Positions 19,105 through 28,255 of a stretch of 64,000 nucleotides of DNA are shown piece by piece (position 1 is the stretch's first letter; each line of letters opens with the position of its first letter). The notes under the pieces are model-generated. The model saw only the letters and a list, made by a program, of their open reading frames with translations. It was not told the origin of the DNA and made no database searches. The DNA comes from an uncultured delta proteobacterium. GTDB taxonomy: Bacteria; Desulfobacterota; Binatia; UBA9968. A program made the position numbers and the translations under genes. The DNA lies in assembly GCA_963737905.1 (NCBI GenBank), contig CAVTUQ010000004.1, positions 142,270 through 206,269 of the forward strand, written 5' to 3'.

Positions 19105-21363
19105 ATGGCAGATCGCGTTAAATCACAAAGAATTGTTGTTGTTTCCAACCGTCTCCCTTTCACGGTCGTGGAAGAAGGGGAGGGGATCCAATTCAACGAA
19201 AGCGCGGGAGGCGTAGCGACAGGGTTGAAAACGTTGCTCACCTCGCAACAGGGTTCTCTAGCCCCGGAATCCGAATACTTGTGGGTTGGCTGGCCGGGGA
19301 GCACTATCAAAGATGAAATCCGTGACGAAGTTAGAGCCAAAGCCCTATCGGAGTATGGCTGCTGCCCGGTTTTCCTCTCTGAACAAGATCTTGAAAATTT
19401 TTATCAGGGTTTCTGCAATGAAACGATCTGGCCGATCTTTCATTACTTTCCCAACTATGCCAGATACGACGAAGCCTACTGGGAGCAGTATCGCAAGGTT
19501 AATGAATCATTTAGCGCTACGCTGCTAGAAGCAATACGCCCGGACGATACCGTATGGATTCACGATTATCATTTGATGCTGCTGCCACATCTTGTTCGAA
19601 AAGCCTTGCCGACAATTCGCATCGGCTTTTTCTTACACATTCCTTTCCCGCAGTTTGAGATCTTTCGACTGATTCCGGGAAAATGGCGCCGGGGGATTCT
19701 CGAGGGTTTGCTTGGGGCGAATCTCATTGGGTTCCACACGCACGAATACGGGGAGTATTTTCTCCGATGCGTTCAACGCATCCTCGGCTACGGGCATTCC
19801 ATGGGCCGGCTCATCATCGACGAAGACGATCGCCTGGTGAGAGTTGGCACCTTTCCCATGGGCATCGATTTTCAGAAATTCCACGATGCCGCGAGCGGCA
19901 TGGAAGTTCAAGCGGAAAAAGAAGAGCTGCGAAGGAGTTTGGGCGATTCCAAAATCGTCCTCTCGGTTGACCGACAAGATTACTCGAAGGGCATACTCCA
20001 CCGTTTGCAGGGCTTCGAGGCGATGCTCGAATCGAATCCGGAATGGCAAGGCAAAGTAACGTTGATTATGCTAGTGGTACCCTCCCGGATAGGCATTGCA
20101 GACTACGAAGGGATGAAAAAACGGATCGAGGAGCTCGTCGGCAAGATTAATGGTCGATTCGGCACTATCGGCTGGACACCGATTATATACCAATACCGAT
20201 CGGTGCCCTTTCAGTCTTTGGTGGCGATGTATACCGCGAGCCACGTTGCTCTGATTACCCCTCTGCGGGATGGGATGAACTTGGTGGCCAAAGAATACGT
20301 TGCGGCTCGTCACGATAAAACGGGCGTTTTGGTACTGAGCGAAATGGCGGGTGCCGCGAAAGAGCTGACGGAGGCGATTATCATTAATCCCAATAACCGG
20401 GAAGAAATTTCGGATGCCCTGAAAACGGCATTAGAAATGCCTCACGAAGAACAAATGCGGCGCAATATAACGATGCAGAATCGTCTGCGCCGCTACGATG
20501 TCAGCCGTTGGGCCACGGATTTTTTGCGTGAGTTGCTTTCTCATAAGGAACTGCCTGTTAAGTGGCTCGAAGCTTCGGATTGGCGTGCAGCGACGGAGAA
20601 ATACCATCGCAGCGCGCGCCGTCTCTTGATCCTTGACTATGATGGGACATTGGTTCCGTTCGCGGGTTCCCCAGAGCTTGCTAAACCAACCAACGAGTCG
20701 CTCAAAGTCCTCCGCTCTCTGGCAAATGATCCGCGAAACGAGCTCCTCCTCGCCAGCGGGCGGGACCGCGCCACACTCGATCAATGGTTCACCGGAGTGC
20801 CGATAGGCCTTGCAGCGGAACATGGAGCCTGGATTAGGGAGCGGAACTGCGACTGGAAGGTGCAACAGTTTTCCGCGCCGGCGTGGAAACAAAAGCTTTT
20901 TCCTATTCTTGAGATGTACGCCGATCGTGTTCCCGGCGCGTTCGTCGAAGAGAAGGAGTTCTCTCTCGTATGGCACTATCGTATGGCCGAGCTAGAGCAG
21001 GGGCGCGCCGTAGCGAGAGAATTAACCGATCATTTGCTTATATTTACAGCCAGCATCGGTCTTCAGGTATTGACCGGAAACAAAGCGATTGAGATCAGGG
21101 GGGCGGGCATCAGCAAAGGAACAGCGGTGCAACGGTGGTTGGCCAAGACCGAATTCGATTTCGTTTTAGCCATCGGAGACGATTTGACCGACGAGGATAT
21201 GTTTGCGGTACTACCGCAATGGGCCTATTCCTTCCATGTAGGATCAACTCAAACCGGGGCTCGATTCCGTCTGCGCGATCCGATCGAGGTATTACAGTGC
21301 TTGGGGGAGCTTGCGGAGTTGTCGCAAATGGCAATTCAAACCTCGAATACGCAACAACTCTAA
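19105..21363 (+). CDS. Bifunctional trehalose-6-phosphate synthase/phosphatase (OtsA-OtsB fusion)
   Basis: VVSNRLP, WIHDYHL, FLHIPFP and RDGMNLVAKEY, plus HAD motifs LDYDGTL and IGDDLTDEDMF. Confidence 0.93.
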   Translation: MADRVKSQRIVVVSNRLPFTVVEEGEGIQFNESAGGVATGLKTLLTSQQGSLAPESEYLWVGWPGSTIKDEIRDEVRAKALSEYGCCPVFLSEQDLENFYQGFCNETIWPIFHYFPNYARYDEAYWEQYRKVNESFSATLLEAIRPDDTVWIHDYHLMLLPHLVRKALPTIRIGFFLHIPFPQFEIFRLIPGKWRRGILEGLLGANLIGFHTHEYGEYFLRCVQRILGYGHSMGRLIIDEDDRLVRVGTFPMGIDFQKFHDAASGMEVQAEKEELRRSLGDSKIVLSVDRQDYSKGILHRLQGFEAMLESNPEWQGKVTLIMLVVPSRIGIADYEGMKKRIEELVGKINGRFGTIGWTPIIYQYRSVPFQSLVAMYTASHVALITPLRDGMNLVAKEYVAARHDKTGVLVLSEMAGAAKELTEAIIINPNNREEISDALKTALEMPHEEQMRRNITMQNRLRRYDVSRWATDFLRELLSHKELPVKWLEASDWRAATEKYHRSARRLLILDYDGTLVPFAGSPELAKPTNESLKVLRSLANDPRNELLLASGRDRATLDQWFTGVPIGLAAEHGAWIRERNCDWKVQQFSAPAWKQKLFPILEMYADRVPGAFVEEKEFSLVWHYRMAELEQGRAVARELTDHLLIFTASIGLQVLTGNKAIEIRGAGISKGTAVQRWLAKTEFDFVLAIGDDLTDEDMFAVLPQWAYSFHVGSTQTGARFRLRDPIEVLQCLGELAELSQMAIQTSNTQQL

Positions 21364-21458
21364 GCTTAAAGACTTTCCACTATTGCGCTAAGCCTCACTT
21401 ATCGCATAAATTTTCATTCGTGACCCGGGCTTCAATAAAATGCGCGCCGTATCCAAGA

Positions 21459-22007
21459 TCAGCGAATCTCGAATAGCAGAATCGTATGATCGTGGAGGAA
21501 ATCGCCCTTTATTCGTTCAATCTTATCCGGTACCCATCCTTCAATTTCGTAGTCATGTGAAACTACTCTGGAACCCGGTTTCAGCTGCTTGTCAAAAATC
21601 GGTCTTAGTTTGGCGTTGAACTCCGGGAGCATATAGAGGGTTACAACCGTCGCCGGTGAAACATCCACTGTGAGAGCATCTTGCATCCGGAATTCGACTA
21701 AATGATCGACCTTTTCTTTGAAAGCGTTGTCCCTGGCTTTTTGCACTAGGCCGGCATCGATTTCGATTCCGACCCCTTTTACGCCATAGCGCTTGGCCGC
21801 CCGAATGATGATGCGGCCATCGCCGCTGCCCAAATCGTAGATCACATCGCCGCTTTTCACCTGGGCCATCTCGAGCATGCGGTCGACGACGTCGGGCGGC
21901 GTCGGCACGAACGGCACTTCGCCATCGGTCCAAACGGCCACAGGATAGCAGCCGTTTCCCATCAGGAGGAGCAAACTCAACGCAAGCCAATCTGCAATTT
22001 GTCTCAT
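21459..22007 (-). CDS. Class I SAM-dependent methyltransferase with an N-terminal signal/hydrophobic segment
   Basis: VPFVPTP, IYDLGSGDGRI and LKPGSRVVSHD motifs. Confidence 0.85.
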   Translation of the reverse strand: MRQIADWLALSLLLLMGNGCYPVAVWTDGEVPFVPTPPDVVDRMLEMAQVKSGDVIYDLGSGDGRIIIRAAKRYGVKGVGIEIDAGLVQKARDNAFKEKVDHLVEFRMQDALTVDVSPATVVTLYMLPEFNAKLRPIFDKQLKPGSRVVSHDYEIEGWVPDKIERIKGDFLHDHTILLFEIR

Positions 22008-22140
22008 TGACTAATTTCCACTCCGGTCATTGAATCTTCAAACCCGTTGGTTATAGGGTATTCACTAATGCCGCGTCAATCAGCGGCACGCCGCTCGGGA
22101 ACTTTGAGGATAATTTCTTCGTCACGGCCTTTGACCAACG

Positions 22141-22887
22141 GTGAAGCATAGATATACGGAGGGAAATATGCCGACCTGGGACGATGTTCTAACGCCACGC
22201 GACAGGGATGTTTTCGCTCTTTCCGGCTACGGCAAGCGCGCCGGTTTCGGACAGAGACCGGCGATTTTAGTGATCGACGTTAACTACAACTTCGTCGGAG
22301 ACAAACCGGAGCCGATTCTCGAATCCGTAAAGCGCTTCCGCAACAGCTGCGGCGAAGAAGGCTGGGAAGGAGTTCATCGCATTAGTGAGCTGCTCAGCGA
22401 AGCGCGAAAGAAACATCTGCCGACTTTCTATACGACTGGTCATGACGACAGAACAAACACCGTGGCCTTTGGTCGCTGGCAAGCGAAAAACAGCCGATCG
22501 ACCGAAGATATGACCGAAGACTGGGATAAGGGAAACACCATAGTCGAGGAGATAACGCCTCAAAAGGGCGACATCGTCGTCCGCAAGCAAAAACCCAGTG
22601 CCTTTTTCGGCACACCGCTTATCAGCATGCTCAATGAAGTTCACGCCGACAGCCTACTTGTGACCGGCACCACAACCAGCGGTTGCGTGCGCGCCAGCGT
22701 CATCGATGCTTTTTCCTATAATCTCAAGGTTTCCGTCATCGAGGAGTGCGTCTTCGACCGCGGCCAGGCATCGCACAAAATCAATCTCTTCGACATGGCT
22801 ATGAAGTACGCCGATGTGATCCCGCTCAAAGAAGCTATCGAATACGTTCGTGGCCTGCCCGACAACCTGTTTGCCCCGGCGTTGTAA
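22141..22887 (+). CDS. Isochorismatase-family cysteine hydrolase
   Basis: AILVID, KQKPSAFFGT and TTTSGCVRASVIDA motifs. The start may instead be the ATG at 22168. Confidence 0.88.
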   Translation: MKHRYTEGNMPTWDDVLTPRDRDVFALSGYGKRAGFGQRPAILVIDVNYNFVGDKPEPILESVKRFRNSCGEEGWEGVHRISELLSEARKKHLPTFYTTGHDDRTNTVAFGRWQAKNSRSTEDMTEDWDKGNTIVEEITPQKGDIVVRKQKPSAFFGTPLISMLNEVHADSLLVTGTTTSGCVRASVIDAFSYNLKVSVIEECVFDRGQASHKINLFDMAMKYADVIPLKEAIEYVRGLPDNLFAPAL

Positions 22888-22927
22888 TCGGGTTCCGCGT
22901 TCAAAAATTCGTGACAGGGATATCAAG

Positions 22928-23203
22928 ATGGAGAAATCCGAAAGCAACCCGAATTTGCAAGCCGCAATCTTCGAAGTGGTAGAAAACCATCTCCGCAATA
23001 GTGACCCGCCTCAAACGGGACACACCTTCAAACGGCTCATTGAAGCCGGCCATTCTGAAAAAGAGGCAAAGCAACTGATCGCCTGTGTTGTCTCCGCAGA
23101 GATTTTTGACGTGCTGAAGAGAAATGAACCCTTCAATCTTGACCGGTTTGTAAAAGGTCTCAACAAGCTCCCCACGATGCCTTGGGAAAAAGAGGAACGT
23201 TGA
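22928..23203 (+). CDS. Small helical hypothetical protein
   Basis: MEKSESNPNLQAAIFEVVENHLR...EIFDVLK...FNLDRF; plausible SD. Confidence 0.6.
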   Translation: MEKSESNPNLQAAIFEVVENHLRNSDPPQTGHTFKRLIEAGHSEKEAKQLIACVVSAEIFDVLKRNEPFNLDRFVKGLNKLPTMPWEKEER

Positions 23204-23313
23204 CCTCGACGATACATCCAAAAAGTTGGCATCGCAAAGAAGAGTCGAGGCCGTGGATGAACAAACAATCACTGCCAACTAAACAAACTTAGCTCACCTG
23301 CGAGAAAGTCAAA

Positions 23314-24090
23314 CTAGACAGGGTGGTTGTTGATAGGCCGGTAAGGTGAGGCCGCCTCTAAGTGATCGCCGAGTTCCGTATAGAATTCGCTCGAACAGGG
23401 CTTAAAATTCTCCGGCCAATTGGCCGTTAACGTGCACAACAATCGTAACTGAATCGGTGCGTCAGTATTCACTCGCTTCACGCGTACCTGAACTGCGTCT
23501 GGATCATTTTCCAAGATTTCGAGAAAATCTCGCGAAATATATCTTGGACAATAGCCTACGATGGTCGCAGGATCATCTGTTCGGATCGCAATCGCACAAC
23601 CATCATAACGGTTCTGAGGGTCTGGCATGAGATATAACCTCTGCCCAACATGGAGTTTACTAATCCTGACCCGTGCTTCGTCCGGTAGATGCCGAACACC
23701 ATGACTAAAGAAATGAACTACATATTTACCCTCCGGGTCTCGCTCCGGGCACGGAAATACCGTTAAAGAATCTGTTTCTCGAACTCCTTCTGTACGACCT
23801 AGCAATACGAGCGGGTCTGCTTCATCTTCCCGCAAATCAAGCCAGCGCAAAAAATCCCTATACTCTGGCCTTTTCTTTGAAATGAGACGATTCGCGAACA
23901 GGGGTAATAATTCGTGGGATTTGTACACAGCATGCAAATCCTGCATAAACCCAAACGGAATGAAGTTTTTGGAAAGCTTCGCACCCTTCGTATAAACGAA
24001 CCGATAAACGCCATTCTCGGAGCTCAGTTTTCCTACCGGAAACCATTGCCGAGACTGCGGGTCTTGCCAAGCTAAATACAAGACTTTCAC
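23314..24090 (-). CDS. HipS/HipA-N-terminal-like domain fused to a HIRAN domain
   Basis: N-terminal WFPVGKL..YRFVY..LLPLFANRL; C-terminal LMPDPQNRYDGCAIAI..IVGYCPR (HIRAN). Confidence 0.8.
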   Translation of the reverse strand: MKVLYLAWQDPQSRQWFPVGKLSSENGVYRFVYTKGAKLSKNFIPFGFMQDLHAVYKSHELLPLFANRLISKKRPEYRDFLRWLDLREDEADPLVLLGRTEGVRETDSLTVFPCPERDPEGKYVVHFFSHGVRHLPDEARVRISKLHVGQRLYLMPDPQNRYDGCAIAIRTDDPATIVGYCPRYISRDFLEILENDPDAVQVRVKRVNTDAPIQLRLLCTLTANWPENFKPCSSEFYTELGDHLEAASPYRPINNHPV

Positions 24091-24091
24091 C

Positions 24092-25006
24092 TTACACCTC
24101 CAGCTTCAGAAGGCGTCGTTGGTTTAATTCGAGCATCTTCATAGCAAACTCCCTACCGGCGTCTGAGATTCGACCGGGTGGAACCTGGGCAAATATACCG
24201 TCAATCGCATTCTCTGAGATTTGCGCTAGCCGGTCAAGCCACGCCCTCGCTGCTGATCCCCTCAGTCTTGCTGCTTCCCTAAAAACAGCCAATGTTGGCA
24301 TGGGTTTACTACTTGCGGGCGAGCTGAAGAATGCAGAAAGAGGCTTTTCAATATACCAATCCATACCCCTCCGACGATCTTTTGTCGAGAGTCTTTGCAG
24401 TCTTGTTGCGTCTGTCTCGTTCCATCCTAAGCTCGATGCGTGATCGAACGTTGGCGCCAGATGTATGCTTCGATCCGAGCTAACTACAAAACCCCAATTC
24501 TCATGATGGCGGTCCTGATTTGCAATCCAGGCATCCAACATCAAATAGCCAACAAAAACATCGACTGCCGACCGAACATTACCGAACGTATTCCAATTAA
24601 GCGGCGGCTGAACGCCATCCTGTTTAACGATTGTCAAGACCAATCTGACCGTATGTTGGCTCACCCGATAAAACTTCTCTTTGGGATAGCTCTTATCTAG
24701 GCGCACTAAGACCTCATTCCCGGCTACTAACCTTCCACCAGAAGGGACAAAAATGCGAGACACAACCCCATGTTGACCTTTCCATGTCGCAAACTCATAC
24801 TCCGCGTGGGGTAGCCCGAGAAGTTCGCAGAGTTCACTGACAACCTTCTCGCTCCAGTCTTCGCCTGTTGCGCTTTCACCTTCGCTTCTATTCAGCTTGA
24901 ACAGATATCTATTGGAATGCTCATCGCTAAACCAAAACTTGGGTTTGGTCCCAAGCTGTTCTAACATGTCTCCAGCCTCATCCGGAACTACAATGACGGG
25001 ATACAT
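24092..25006 (-). CDS. HipA-like Ser/Thr kinase
   Basis: LGTKPKFW, YLFK, EDWSEKV, DAWIANQDRHHENW and LAPTFDHASSLG motifs. Confidence 0.85.
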   Translation of the reverse strand: MYPVIVVPDEAGDMLEQLGTKPKFWFSDEHSNRYLFKLNRSEGESATGEDWSEKVVSELCELLGLPHAEYEFATWKGQHGVVSRIFVPSGGRLVAGNEVLVRLDKSYPKEKFYRVSQHTVRLVLTIVKQDGVQPPLNWNTFGNVRSAVDVFVGYLMLDAWIANQDRHHENWGFVVSSDRSIHLAPTFDHASSLGWNETDATRLQRLSTKDRRRGMDWYIEKPLSAFFSSPASSKPMPTLAVFREAARLRGSAARAWLDRLAQISENAIDGIFAQVPPGRISDAGREFAMKMLELNQRRLLKLEV

Positions 25007-25057
25007 TAGGGTTTAGGACGTAAGTGAATGGGCTCTCTTCAGCTCTCGTCGTCGCAT

Positions 25058-25365
25058 TTATCTCATTCGATCGTTACACCAATAAATGTCTCGTGCCTTT
25101 ACCTTCAATTCCTCGGACCGATCACGCCAATCGGGTAGCGACCGGTCAAGAATTTTCCAAAACTCGTCTCCATGATGACGCTCGAGCAAATGCGCTAACT
25201 CGTGCGCTATCACGTAATCAGCGATCACGCACCGGCAGCTGCAACAGCTTCCAATTGAAATAGACCACACGGTTCTTGCCACAAGATCCCCACCGATACC
25301 CAAGATCACGGACCTCAACTCGTGCCGCTGCAACCCTAGTTTGCGGCTTAATAAACTTACCCGCT
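25058..25365 (-). pseudogene. Fragment of a YgjP/SprT-like metallopeptidase
   Basis: Across frameshifts it reads VEVRDLGYRWGSCG..YFNWKLLQLP..DYVIAHELAHLLERHHGDEFW; the 5' half is missing. Confidence 0.75.
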
Positions 25366-25372
25366 CAAGACA

Positions 25373-25476
25373 GCTTCGGTTATATTTGCCTTTCTTTACT
25401 ACAGCTCGTCGTCCAGCCTCATCGCCGAGCCGAAAAGGATAATTTTCTCGGGCTTGGCGACTTCTACAATTCGCCG
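25373..25476 (-). pseudogene. Fragment of a minimal nucleotidyltransferase (MNT)
   Basis: RRIVEVAKPEKIILFGSA, then a broken segment and VVKKGKYNR. Confidence 0.55.
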
Positions 25477-25484
25477 CCCAGGCA

Positions 25485-26186
25485 TCATGTCTGAAGCTTT
25501 TTGAGCACCTCGAGCGATCGCGCCCAGGCAGGATGCGCGGCAGATTCCATATAGCCGCGGCCAGGCGTCATGGTCATGAAACCATGGCCCGCGCCCGGGT
25601 ACACGTACACCTTCGCATCCGGGAGGCGGGTGAACGCCGCTTGGATACGCTCGATCGCGGCCATCGGTGCGACCTGATCCCGGTCTCCGTAATGGAAGGA
25701 AAGCGGGCAGCGTACCTTGTCTACCTCGTCGAGGTGCTTTTCGACGTGTGATCCGTGGAAGGAGATTCCGGCATCAGTGCCATAGCGCGCCGCCGCCAAA
25801 AGCGCGAAGGGGCCGCCGAAGCAAAACCCCATCACGGCAACTTTGCCGTTGCAGCGGGGATGCTTCTTGAGATCGGCGATTACATCAGCGAGATCTTTCA
25901 TACCCAGCTCAAGGTCGTATCGGTCGTTCCGAGCGAAGGCGCGCTTGCGGCCGTCTTCGTTCCAGACCAGCGGGCCCGGGTCCGCATCGCGCCAGAACAT
26001 ATCGGGAGCGGACGTAACAAATCCCTCGGCGGCGAGTGCGTCGGCGTAATAGATCATGTCGCTGTCAACACCGGAAATGGTTGACACGATGATCACGCCC
26101 GCTCCCTTGCCGGACTCGGGCGAAGCCACGTAGGAGTCAAACCTGCCGCCGTCGGCAGCAGCAATCGTAATATGGGTCCCCGCCAT
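25485..26186 (-). CDS. Dienelactone hydrolase family protein
   Basis: GFCFGG nucleophile motif; YPGAGHGF. Confidence 0.9.
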   Translation of the reverse strand: MAGTHITIAAADGGRFDSYVASPESGKGAGVIIVSTISGVDSDMIYYADALAAEGFVTSAPDMFWRDADPGPLVWNEDGRKRAFARNDRYDLELGMKDLADVIADLKKHPRCNGKVAVMGFCFGGPFALLAAARYGTDAGISFHGSHVEKHLDEVDKVRCPLSFHYGDRDQVAPMAAIERIQAAFTRLPDAKVYVYPGAGHGFMTMTPGRGYMESAAHPAWARSLEVLKKLQT

Positions 26187-26353
26187 TGCTATTTCCTTTC
26201 ATGCAATTTTTCATCTTCGGTGAGAGTATCGGATAACTGGGCGATACGTCAACGTTTCGATTGAAACCCTTGTGTTCGGCATCGGACTGAACTAGCGTCG
26301 ACATGATTGTTGATGCTCAACGGTATCAAACTCGCGATTGCTGATAGACGGAC

Positions 26354-27457
26354 ATGATCACCGCTCATGCCGACGTGATTGGCAGCCTGCTCAGACCACC
26401 GAATTTGCTTGCGAGTCAAAAGCAACTCGCCGCTAGAACCATCACCGCTGCTGAATTCAAAGCGATCGAAGATCGCGCGGTCGATGACGCTATCGCGTTG
26501 CAGGAAGATGTGGGCTTGGACATCGTCACCGATGGTGAGATGCGGAGGCAGTCGTTTCAGAGCCAGATGACCGCCGCCGTGAGCGGGTTCGGTGAATTTA
26601 ATCTTGATGCCTTCCTATGGGGTGAATGGTACGACGAACAGGGAGTAAAGAAAACCCGTCGGCCTCGCCGGCTCGGGGCGGTCGGCAAGCTGAAACGAAT
26701 TCGTTACCTCTCGGCGGAGGAAGTTTCTTATCTCAAGAGCAGAACGAATCGAATTCCCAAAGTGACAGTTCCAAGCCCCAGCCTGTGGGCTAACTTTTGG
26801 TCGCCGAGTTATTCAAGAGACGCTTATCCAACGCTTGATGCGTTTCTGGGTGACATCGTTAACATTCTGCGCGAGGAAGTTGCCGAGCTGGTTCGCCTAG
26901 GAGCGAGCTACATTCAAATCGACGCGCCACACTACGGACTCTTGCTTGATCCCAAAACGAGGGGCTTTTATGAGAGGCGGGGTTGGAGCCTCGATCAATG
27001 GCTGAGTCAGGGGATCGAGCTGGACAACGCGATCATAGATGGTTTTTCCAATGTGACTTTCGGATTTCATGTCTGACGCGGCAACCAGGGCAGCCGGTGG
27101 CTGTCTCAAGGAGGTTATGAATCGATCAGCCGGGAGCTTTTTCGTAGGCTAAAGGCGCAAAGACTGTTGCTGGAATACGACGATCCTCGCTCCGGCTCCT
27201 TTGAGCCACTCAGAGACGTGCCCGGGGACAAGTTTGTGATTCTAGGACTCATCACGACAAAGCGGCCGGGGCTTGAACCCATCGAGCTATTGCAGCGGCG
27301 AATCACGGAAGCCAGTCGGCATGTTCCGCTGGAACGACTTGGCCTCAGTCCCCAGTGTGGTTTCGCCTCTTCGATCATTGGCAACAATATTTCTCTTGAA
27401 GATCAGCGAAGAAAATTGGAGCTTGTCGTTAGGACTGCCGAAACTGTGTGGGGTTGA
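26354..27457 (+). CDS. Cobalamin-independent methionine synthase II (MetE C-terminal-like) family protein; probable selenoprotein with in-frame TGA at 27074-27076
   Basis: ADVIGSLLRP, TDGEMRR and IQIDAP, then HV[TGA]RGN continuing in the same frame to LLEYDDPRSG and LSPQCGFAS. The TGA sits at the HxC zinc-ligand Cys. Confidence 0.85.
27088..27106 (+). promoter_or_regulatory. Candidate bacterial SECIS hairpin
   Basis: GGGCAGCC-GGT-GGCTGTCT: an 8-bp stem with a G-first apical loop beginning 19 nt after the UGA. Confidence 0.6.
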
Positions 27458-27465
27458 AAAAGTTT

Positions 27466-28227
27466 TCAGGCGGCCTGGGTCAGCGCTCGCCAGACGAGCG
27501 TCACTCCGATGACGAATAATAGGACCAACAGGCTACGATTGAAAGTTTGCTGGTTCACGCGGTCTTGGATTTTGAGACCGCCGTAAAATCCTAGCAGCAC
27601 GAACAAAGTCACTTCTAGAGATAGGGAGAGAGTGGACCAGTTAAAAAGATTCCAGGTCGATACCGCAACCAACTGGCTTAACTTGGTGATAATAAAAATC
27701 GTCGCGATGGTCTTGATGAATTCTCGCTTCTGCAACTTGAGGTTATAGAGATAGATCGCTAATGCGGGTCCGGCGGCATTGGTCATACCATTGAGGAAGC
27801 CGCTGACAAACCCGACAGGTAGCGCAAGCATTTTCTCGAGCCGCGGCGAGATCTCAATCTTAAATTGGAGCCAATTTGAAACGATAAAAACCAGCACCAT
27901 CACGCCCAAACAGAAATTAAGAATCCAGAGCGGTAGAGTGACCAGAACCTTTGTTCCTACGAAAACGCCGATAATCGTCACCAACAAAAACCAGGGGAAA
28001 CGACGCACCACCTCAAAGGGAAACCCACCGCGAAAGATCTGCGTGATATCCATTACGAGATTGGGAAGAATCAGGATGGTGATGGCGGTCCGAATGTCCA
28101 GCAGGAGTGCCACAGTCGGCGTACCGATTAACGGGAAGCCCATCCCCGTGGCACCCTTGACCAAGGCAGCAAACAGGAGCGCTAGACCTACGAGAATCGT
28201 AGACAGATCGAGAGGCATTTTACGCAA
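27466..28227 (-). CDS. Sulfite exporter TauE/SafE family
   Basis: KGATGMG and SGFLNGMTNAAGP repeats; about 8 TM segments. Confidence 0.85.
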   Translation of the reverse strand: MRKMPLDLSTILVGLALLFAALVKGATGMGFPLIGTPTVALLLDIRTAITILILPNLVMDITQIFRGGFPFEVVRRFPWFLLVTIIGVFVGTKVLVTLPLWILNFCLGVMVLVFIVSNWLQFKIEISPRLEKMLALPVGFVSGFLNGMTNAAGPALAIYLYNLKLQKREFIKTIATIFIITKLSQLVAVSTWNLFNWSTLSLSLEVTLFVLLGFYGGLKIQDRVNQQTFNRSLLVLLFVIGVTLVWRALTQAA

Positions 28228-28255
28228 CAGGCCGTAGCGGAGAGTTCCAGCTTTG

